From Tubulanus polymorphus (Eukaryota; Animalia; Nemertea): 64,000 bases of DNA. A program made the translations under genes and the position numbers. This document shows positions 53,554-64,000 of the stretch, one piece after another. The notes under the pieces were generated by a model. It was not told the origin of the DNA. It saw only the letters and a program-made list of their open reading frames with translations, and made no database searches. The stretch lies in NCBI RefSeq assembly GCF_964204645.1, contig NC_134026.1, forward strand, positions 23,594,150 to 23,658,149, in the 5' to 3' direction. How positions within the stretch are numbered: the first letter of the stretch is position 1; the number at the start of each line of letters is the position of its first letter.

Positions 53554-54133
53554 TAGAGAGTTGCCAATAATAATAAACGGACTCCCTGCTCTGTTCTTCA
53601 GGCTTCATATAACTAGAATAAGTGGGTTGTTGTTGGTGAAAATCTGCACCCCCTACCTCGCAATTTACTCAATTCAATCATGATTATAGGCCTTATTGTG
53701 CTGATATTGTATCTTTTTTCCTTCGTTCTCTTCCTTCATCATCATTATTGATTATTAATATTATTGAATTTGACGTTCTTCGCATTTTAGTAATTTTTAT
53801 TGACTTCTCGCGTAGACTTTACACTACCTTCTTGGAGTGAACTTCATTTCATTCAATCCATCTGGGCATTCTCACTTGCCTTGGTTTCATTCATTGCCGA
53901 AGTGTACACCAACACAACAAACCTGACCGCAAACGATTCATGGCCATGAGCATTGGTCAATCACATATGGCCAAGTCCCCATTTCTTGAGTGTACAGTTA
54001 ATAGAATTGAATCTAATTAGACTACTACTATTGATTACTATATTTCTTCACTGGGTATTGAAAATTTAAACCCGGCCTAGTTACCATTTTAACATCTTCC
54101 CCTCAATTTCAATCCCTCCTATTCTAGACGACC

Positions 54134-55153
54134 ATGGCTGAAGATTTAGACGATGTGGAAGACCTCGATTTCGTCGTGAAATTCCCGTCTCCTGGTTCCA
54201 CTACTGGAACTGGAGGAATAGATGAGGAGGAGAGTGATGATGATGAAGAAACACAGGATTCGGATCCATCTGCCAAGTTATTTGTGGATACCTCAAACCT
54301 TGATAAAGAACCAGTTGTTATCCTGTTGGGCTGGATGGGATGCAAAGACAAGTATCTGGCAAAATACAGCGAGATATATGAGAGAAAAGGGTCAGTAAAT
54401 CTTTGTATGCTATTCAGTATTATTAGTTAGTGTCTATGAAGTGCTTAATCAGTGATCATAAATTGATTTCTTTTTTACAGGTGTATTACTATTCGTTATA
54501 TACCACCGATGGGCGATCTCTTTTTTAAGCAGTCGAACTTACAGAAAACCGCCGCAAAGTTACTGGAATTGATATTTGATCTGAGTTTAGAGAACAACTC
54601 GATATTCTTCCACGTGTTCAGCAACGGAGGGGGATACGTTTATCGAAATATATCAGAACTGCTGCACGTCAACAAAGATTATAACGATATCAAAAGGAAT
54701 ATAAAAGGTTGTATGTTCGATAGCTGTCCATCACCGGGTACAGTTATCACAGCTGCACAAACTCTAATATCATCGCTTCAAGTGAATGAATTTCTACGTT
54801 TCCTGCTTTTGTTTACTACTATTCTGTATTTGATCGCATTTCGCTTATGGGAACGCTTCATGGGACTTGTGCATATGATCAGGAAACCACAGCAATTCAG
54901 CGGAGTCGTTAATTACTACAGCGCGATGAAGTCGGATCCGATGAGGTGTCCTCAGTTGTTCCTCTATTCGAAAGCCGATCTTTTGATCTCGTATAAGAAA
55001 ATAGAAAATGTCGTTCGCCATCGTCAGAATCTCGGGATCATGTTGATGACAATCTGTTGGGAAGATTCGAAACATGTACAACATTTGGTAAAGCATCGCG
55101 AGACTTACATGAAGAAATGTTATGACTTCATGGAAACATGTCTCCATATGTGA
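54134..55153 (+). CDS. TMEM53: Transmembrane protein 53 (DUF829 alpha/beta-hydrolase fold)
   Basis: Exons 54134-54390 and 54481-55153. Motifs [54 protein letters not shown]. Confidence 0.93.
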
Positions 55154-58100
55154 TTGAGTTTGTAAAAACTTTGGATGTGCAATGCACCAAACAAAACCTG
55201 CTTCATTCAGTATGTTAAGAATGTGTATTTTATAGGACTTTGCTTTCAAGTTGAATAGTTTTAATGTTTTGTAGATTTACTAAAGTTTAGCTGTTCTAGT
55301 TTTTTGCACTTATGTTATCCAAGATTCTTACTTCGTTGGACCAAATTAAACAAGAAGTAATATATACTGCATTTACTTCAAATTATTATTCCATTTATGT
55401 GCAGAAATATATGTATTTGTTATTTAATTGAGCATTTGAATAAATATTTTAGTCAATTTAGATGTGTGTCTTTTCTGCTTCATTGAATTGGCTGCCTCTT
55501 GGTTTGCATTAAGGATCATTTCCAACCAGTATTCGACGTCATCATCAGCTAATGCATGCAGTGACTCGGCAAAAACCAGAGACAAAATAAAACAATTGGC
55601 TTTCCTTACAAATTATAGTCCTTTTATTTGCCCTGTAAAGATTTCAGTCTCCATAGGCATAGGGCCTACAGGAATAGCTCACAGGCTTGGCACAGGTACC
55701 AACAACTAGGCTCACAACACTATGTTATTATTATTATCATTTATTATTATTACTATTATTAATATCATAATCATTATTATAATTATTATGCACAACTACA
55801 GCTTTGTACAACTACAATATTTTGGAGAATTCAGAATGGACATTTTGCACACAAAGTAACTATTACGCATCTTTGATTGTGGGCATCCATAAGTTGTAAA
55901 AACCTGATTGATTTCGTTACGCTTCCAAGTCGTTATTCAAGCCAAGATTGACTGGAAATGAAATTGGTCTAAATCAGATTTTCACATTAAATCTACTTAA
56001 CTGGTAGGATACTATGGGAGGGTTAGTTCAAAGAATGCAAAATCCTCAAAGTCGCATCATATAGATCTATGAACCAAGGAAATATGAATTATTGCATGAG
56101 AATGAATAAATTAATAATAGTATTGGTTCTAAATAAACGCCGTGCTACATCAGGTATACATACCGGGTAGTTCTTTTTTTGAGAAAATGAGATCGCACCA
56201 ATGAGAAAAATGCAGTCGAGATTTAAAAAAAATTGAGACTTAGAATTTGACTGACTATAGTAGTGATCCTTACATGCCCCAACAAGTACTAGGCCTGTAA
56301 AAGGTCTTATCAGGCTGTCTAGGACATTTGCAGTCACATTCAAACATTACTACCAAACATTTCTGCTTGATAATATTAGTACGGTAATTGGAACTTTCAA
56401 AATGCTTTGGAAATCTTCTAGATTCATCTGATATTCATGGTTTAAATTGCATAGACAATGTTACATGTGTCATTAAGTTGATACTACATTCAGATTTTCA
56501 TCTTTAGCGTATTAAGCAATTTTGTGCTACCTAAAAGCTGCAAGTTTATGATTCAGTCATGACTATAGGTAAGTAGTGCTGATAAATAGTTCAATATCTG
56601 TCATGGCATGAAGCAAATAAATATGCTCTTAACTGCAAAATGTCCATTGTTTTTATCATGTTGAGTTACTGTGGTTCGGCTTTACAAGCGCAGTATATTA
56701 ATAAGTCCGATATAACATAGTAAATAAATGCAAATGTATGATGACACAGGATGTGATTACCATGGGCTGTATGTAGACTGCAAATGTTTTCAAACTTAAA
56801 AACAAAACATTTTTCAATAACAACTAGTGATATTGTAGAATAATATATAATAACATTGCCTAGGTAACAACAATTGCCTTGATTCACAGATTCCCGACAA
56901 ATCTATAACAGATTTTATATTTGATATCTGCATCGTATACATGTATACATCTTAATAATAGTTCTTCGATCCATTATTTTTCGCACAAGGTACAATAGAG
57001 CGGCTATAAAACAGCATTTTACACAGTAATGTACAAACAATAAAGATACATATATGTATATATGTATTCATATATAATAATAATAATAATAATAATAATC
57101 GTTCAATTGTATTTTGTGCATCTTCAGTTGCCTTAAGTCGTACAAAAAACATGAACGGAACAATGCGTACGTCTGTCCTTTCTGAAAGCATTCGTACGGC
57201 ATAACACACTTATAGGCACATGAATATGCAGGTAGGTTAGTTGTCTTCTTGAAGGTAATAATTCAACAGCGAAATCGAAAAGTAAAGCTGTATTCATTTT
57301 TCAATCATGTTAAACTGGTACAGTCCAATTGACTGGTTGGTGTAAGTATTCGTGCCAGCATTGATTTTATAACAATAATATTAGTGGAAATATTGGTTCA
57401 ATAAAAAATGTCTGGTCAAAAAGTTTAAAAAGTTGATGTCACTAGAAAATTATCAAGAGCTTAAGTGTGTATAAAACAAAACATATTATGCTATAGTAAT
57501 AGACCATAGCATCATTCCAAAATCATTCAAACATCTAAAAGTCATCTGAAAAATTTTAATGAAGTCTTGCCCGTCGTTCAAAGAAACATTCAATTTCGGC
57601 AAATGATAAAACAAAAATGTACTGTACCAGTCCAACATGGCTTCACATTTATAATTCACCAAATCAAAAACAATTGTCTTTTATATTTTAATCATATTCA
57701 TGACAAGGAAATAATAGTGATAAAAAATTTGTCCTATGTTCCTGAACGTTCTGGACATAAATTCACATTGTAAATAGGTAAGACTTTTCAAAATGCTGCA
57801 AGATCTATGAGAATGTATGTCAAATGCCAAAGCAATTCAGTTTGAGCCGACATTACGATATGAGTGTCTCGAACACTAATTTTTGTTTTATACATGCACT
57901 TCTCAGCGGAATAATCAGTCATCAATAAACAATATGAATCAACATCAGCCAACAGAAATATTGGCGTTTTTGTAAAGTGGTCGTATAAGAAGTAACAATA
58001 TATCAGCCTGTACATACACAGAATAGATTCTTACTTGTCGTGTGAAGTGGTGTGCCGAATTTTCTGGCTTACAAAACCTGTACAAAAATCATGTAAAATG

Positions 58101-60659
58101 GTTACAACGTTTTTTTTCATTTAGAATTATTCTGGTTTAATAATAACTAACGATGAATCAAAATTAAATCATATCAACTTTTTCAGCCTTTTTCATCGTT
58201 TTCAATATGGAGGTTAATTATGCTTCACCCTCCCAGTGCTTTGAGTGAACGCATATGACTTAAGAAGCAATATTTTCTACGGAAAAAAACTGTCAAAAAG
58301 GCTAAAGCATTGCTCACACACTGAAAGGGCAAACCAAAGTACATTTTGTATTCTGAATCAACTGGTTAACGACATGCATCATGGCAATGGAGAGATGTAT
58401 CAATACATTCATTACCAGTGCAAGACCATTCAACATACATATGTTTATTGTATTTTACCTGGATATATCACCTGGTATACAGAAATCAGAACAACACAAT
58501 ACAATGATATATGCACTTTTATGTAAACTTGGATATATGTACATGTGTATATACATACATGTACTTGATGAATATAATGTACTCATAGCATCATGTGTGT
58601 ACAATGTATGTACATCTAAACCTTCAGTGTTGTCCATCCCATGAACAAGGTACATACAGAGTTACATATAATAGAACATGCACAGTGAGATCACACCGTA
58701 TACAAAGATACATCACAAAAATACTTCCTGTTTATTGTTTGCATGTTTAAATATAGGCACAAGTAGAAAGCTTGTACATACATACCATACATGCGTACAT
58801 GCATACTACACCAATCAACAGTTATTGTTTATAGTTTTTTTACGTATAATAATATGATAATTATATCAATCAGGTGGTTTTATGCAGTTTTTTTCTTGTT
58901 TAATTAATTTATTCTATCATTTATGTACAATGACGACACCACCATCTAAAAACGCTATATAGCGTCTATCCCCCCACATACGATTCACCCAACACCGTTA
59001 TATTCATATACCCTTCATTTCTTAAGTAAATAACACCCATTTAATGTTCTACTTCTCTTTGCGTAAAATCTGTTTAATCGACTAAATGGTCATTTCAAAC
59101 TCCTGAACGTACATGAATAACAGTCTTTTTTTCAGTTGAAGTCATTCGACGACGGATTCAAATCCAGACTACACAAACCATTCTGTGTTTTTCTCAATGC
59201 CTATAAAACGAGTGCTGCCAATCAATATTATTAATTCTTGCAGTTCTTCGAAAATCAAACAATCCCGATCGGACTCAATTCAATCAACATCAAATTCATT
59301 TCGTTCAAGAATTCAAAACGATACACCTGGGTAATTGCGACCAGCTTTTTTTAACGCAAGCGCCCATGCATTCAAAAACAAACAAAAAAACAACATCATC
59401 ATATTATTCTTCAGATAAATAATTGAAAATCGATACTGAAAGCTATATCGAAACAATCAAAATGAACACATCATTCGCAGCGTGAAGTAAATTGCATGAT
59501 GAATCATAATGATATCCAAAAGCGTGCAGTAGATTGAATCAGGTCAATATCCAATTTCTGTCATTCAAAAGCTGAATGTAGAAAATCTACTAATGAACAT
59601 CATTATGAATACCTAATTTGCATCAAAATTATCATTAAACAGCACGAAGTCAACTGTATAATAAACAAAGAGATCCCTTCTTACAGGCTTATTGAGCTCC
59701 CATCGTCCAATAATCAATAAATAAACATAAAATACATAGGAACATCGAAGCATATTATTCCAATGCAATACCTGAATATGGCATTTTGATATATAGGAGC
59801 AGTTTTTCCTCATATCATTTCTGTACAAAATTACACTCAGTCTCTCGCACGCACATGTGTAAATAACCTGCTTATAATTATATATATATGTATGTATGTA
59901 TGTATATATATATATATATTTTTTTTTTCACAATCACAATTTCCTATGAATTATACATCGCTTTTTTACAATAATCTTATATAATGAATATTTGTAATAA
60001 TATTATCATTACTATTTTATTATTATTTTATTATTATCATTATATTATCATTACCTGGGTTACTTGTATATTTTTATATAATATTGTTTTGCATGTGTCG
60101 TCGCATCTGATGTGTCGCTTTTATCAAATATTTTCGGCTCAGGTCCCAAACCGTTCGGCGAGATCGACCCGTATATCAAACAACGACTATGTAAAAACTA
60201 ATCGCAACATCGGATATGACGACCATCTGTACAGAGTGCATAAAACTACCAACTACACATATCGAATTCCAGTTATTTTATATTTTGGCTAAGCTACTGT
60301 GCTTTTCATATTTACAGCATTCATCGGTGAAGTATGGCCTCCATTCTTTTTTTTTGAAATGGTGGTTACTACGTTGTAAGGAGACAATAATGATATTATT
60401 GGCTTGGCTTGTTATATTCATTCAACAAAGTAAGCTGGATATGACCTTTCACTTTGTTGCTGAAACTAAAACCACCACAATAGTCCTGTGCCATGAAACT
60501 GATGTCTTTCTCTGCGTACATATTGAATATATATATTTATATTCTATGAACTGTGTATTCAATAGTATAAATCTGTATTAGTTTGTTTTTTTCATTACAC
60601 ATACGTTGACACATATTCCATCTGTACTTATTATTTCATAGAGGGTGAAGCTGTTTGGC

Positions 60660-62681
60660 TCACTGAGACTGATCATAATCTGAAATGAGAATGAGACATG
60701 CTTATTTGATTGCATTCATTTCGATTGAATGTGCTTTTCTTGAGTTTCATTATAGTTAGAGATACATAGGCTATCAAATTCGAGATCAACAGAAAATCCA
60801 TATACAATACATACATATAAATATAAACTGCAATAGAAGACACAAATTGAAAAAGCATGAAAACAGAAAACGGGATGGTTTTATCAGTCAAAAAACAAGT
60901 CACCTGTTCATTCGTTAAAACCGAAATTTAGAAAAAGATGTTATCTGATGTACACATTATACCAAAATACATTAATAGATATTCTTGTAATATCTAATAA
61001 ATAACGAATTTCAATATGATGCGGACGGAGTTAACGGTTATAAATTTTCTGAATATTGAATAACATAATCGTGGACAGATAATCTATGTTTTTATTAGAT
61101 AACGTATAGATGGCCAATAAATAAATGTAATGTGCCATTGATGTAGATTTCAAAGTGATCAATGCTACGAGTAATGCGCGTCTTTATGGAGATTAGGAAG
61201 TGACCCATTAGCAGTTGTCACACGGACAAATTACTGTCACGAAAACGTTCGTAATAAACGAGATAAATTGATTAAATTTTTAAGGATGCTTCTATCAGAT
61301 GACCCTTCTGGATGTCATGGATAACGCTCCTATTGGGCATAAATCCGCTGTTACGTGCTGTTTGCTAAATATTTACAATCCGATCATGTCTTATAAAAAC
61401 GCTTCTACATCATCGCCTGTAGGCCCCCAAACAGTTATTACGCAACGGTGAGGAAAATATATTTTCGCAATTGACAATGACTAAGACACCTGCCCGGACA
61501 TAATACTCCGCCTTCATCGGAGTCGCGATAATATTATTTCCTTTCACGTATGCTGTGAAGCGAAAATATGCACGGCATTCTACATATTGAAGTACTAAAA
61601 CTATATTGCACGAGACTTGAAGCTGGAGTAAAAAAGATGAAGTGCTGAAGTTATCTTTGTTAGTTCCATTCAACAAATTCTTCAGTAATACAAGGCCAAA
61701 AAATGTGCACTCTAATCTTATAGGTTTCTATCACAGAAGAATTTTCTCATATATAATTTTTCTTTAGTTTCAATATTTGAAAACGATTAGTTACTATCAG
61801 CACTGCATAATAAAAACAGCCATTCCACCGGATTTGGGATATGATAACGAATAGACTACGAAATAATATCACTATTACTTATTAAAAAAATGATGAAAAA
61901 GTTGTCACTTTTACAATAACTACAATGCATAATAATATAAACGGATAATAATGAATGGATATGGCTGTTCCGCACACTGAGAATGAAGAAAATGATTAGG
62001 AACATGAATGACATACCAGTCCCGTGAATCTGTTTACACGCATTTTTGTTAAAGTGGCAACCTACAGACCTTGTTGCATTGGATAGCCCATCATCGCCGC
62101 TTGCTGACCGTTGAATTGGGCCTGCTGGCCAGCAGGAACTTGTACCTGTCCGTATCCTGCCACTGCCATATTCACAGCAGCTGGGCTGAAATCAAGCAAG
62201 CGAATATCATCAATACATGAAACCTACATTCATCTTTGGGGCTTGTACATAAAACGAATATTTCAATGCCTTGATTTGTCAGCAGATGGCAGAACTGATT
62301 AACTAGGATTAACCTCTTTAAGTTTGGTACCCAGCGAGTCGAACATACACACATCTACATTTCATGACTTATAAATCATCACAGTCGATTAATTCACATT
62401 TAAATTAATGATTGGATAATGGATTATCTGATTCATTTAACGAATATTCTCTAAGCTCCTCACTAATGTGAAACTTACTTATACGCAGCGGTGACTGGAT
62501 AGTTGTAATATTGTCCCGCTACACCTGGTTGCACATAGCCAGCAGTTTGTTGTACTTGAGGATACTGTCCCTGTGTCGCTGCGAATGGCCAGTAGACGTT
62601 AGCGCCATAGTATCCCGCACCATATTGGACTTGGCTGGCAGCAAAAGCCGATTGCTGGAGCAAAGAAATTCCATTTTGTTG
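60660..62681 (-). CDS. 3' exons of a TIA1/TIAL1 (Rox8)-like RNA-binding protein, Q/Y/G-rich prion-like C-terminus; RRM exons would lie beyond the window
   Basis: Phase-consistent exons 62681-62479 (QQNGIS...YWPFAATQGQYPQVQQ...), 62185-62070 (...QQAAMMGYPMQQ) and 60679-60660 (DYDQSQ*). The end resembles the GYETQ/YQTQ end of TIA1-family proteins. Confidence 0.6.
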
Positions 62682-64000
62682 CTATGATGCCGGCGAAAGT
62701 AGAAAACAAGAAACCAGACGTCATTCTAGTCACAGAACGCCATTAAAACAAGGTGTATCGGTAAATGCTCAAAAAAACATAATTAATATGGAGTGGAACG
62801 AAAAATAAATTTTGTCTTTCCCATTGATAATGTTCTGAAAACTAAAAAAAAAAGGATTTTGGAGACTGGTGAGAAAATATCAAACAACCATACTGCATGT
62901 ATCTTCGTGCAATCTGGAAAATGCTCACGTTTCTTTTCGTAAATAATAGTTTCATAGATATCGTTAGAAATATTTGATTTGCTGCTGATAAATAGAAGAC
63001 TGAACCTATCTGTTCATGATGTAACATGCCCTACTGTCATTGCAATGAAATTCTATGTGTAAATTGGTTCGATATTCTAAACTGAAATGCAAGTTCACAG
63101 ACTCGAAAAACCAATAGCGGACAATTGCAGATTTGTGTATGTTTCAAGCTTTGAACAATTGCTAAATAAGTCATAGCGCATGAAATCGGGTATTTTTTAA
63201 GATGAAAAAATAGCAACCAGACAAATTTCCGGCTAACTATATGATGTATGAGTGGAGCATCGATAGATATACAGCGTATAGACATATTTATATATATATA
63301 CATAACTCAATTGTTTGTATAATTGACACATTGATGTATATAGATAGGTCTCAATTTTGCCAGCCTTTTAGATGGCAAGAGTAATTCATTATCTGAAGAC
63401 TTGACCACATGAAAACATCCCACAACAGAGAAACAATTATTATTCACTTTACTGCCTAATTTTTTAGATTATGTATATATACATATATGAATATCTATGA
63501 CCAGAATCATAGCATCATTTTTTATCCTAGCGTAGACTTGGTGCTAATGAAATTTGAGCTACAATCAATAGAAACACATTTTAAAATGCGTCAATTCGAG
63601 ATATATGATATCAAGTTTGTTAAGTGGCAGTGTTCAATTTCAAACGTTTTTTTAATCGTACACTCTTTAAAAAGCCTTACTGTATTTATGAAAATATATA
63701 CATATATATCTGTATAATCGTTTGTGTATATATTAGAATAAAGTGAAATTAACTATATATAAAAATCTGACATTAAAGGGGCATAATCGAATCAGTTGAG
63801 GGTATTCAACCCAATATCCATCTACCTGAATGAGTCAATTTGAAGCTTCATACAGATAATACCTCTACGAATGAAATATCGGATTAATTCAAAATTGCTG
63901 ATATCAATATTTCAGTCCACCGCCGGAAGGATGTGCTACCGATGCAGGATATATTACATAGGAACATGTCACCGTATTCTAAAATCTATGACATCAAACG

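Overview
AT-rich, intron-containing eukaryotic DNA from a compact invertebrate animal genome (the exact taxon cannot be fixed from sequence alone). Spliced genes reconstructed by hand: 5'-partial class I phosphatidylinositol transfer protein (+), TRIAP1/Mdm35 (-), TMX2 (+), DHX37 (-), mitochondrial-type 2-Cys peroxiredoxin (+), a single-exon orphan rhodopsin-class GPCR (-), a 169-aa secreted Cys-rich protein (+), ARMH1 (-), TMEM53 (+) and the 3' end of a TIA1/TIAL1-like gene (-). The 9.5-25.6 kb interval lacks conserved genes and holds LINE fragments, minisatellites and nested non-autonomous DNA transposons. Main points of interest: (1) a 2.9-kb TIR element carrying a 9 x 190-bp satellite, inserted in the DHX37/peroxiredoxin divergent promoter; (2) a 76-bp tRNA-like tandem array; (3) an unidentified two-hairpin ncRNA candidate at ~47.05-47.26 kb; (4) a U12-type intron in ARMH1; (5) a stand-alone EMI-like secreted precursor. 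No CRISPR array or rRNA was found. All gene names come from recalled motifs, not database searches.
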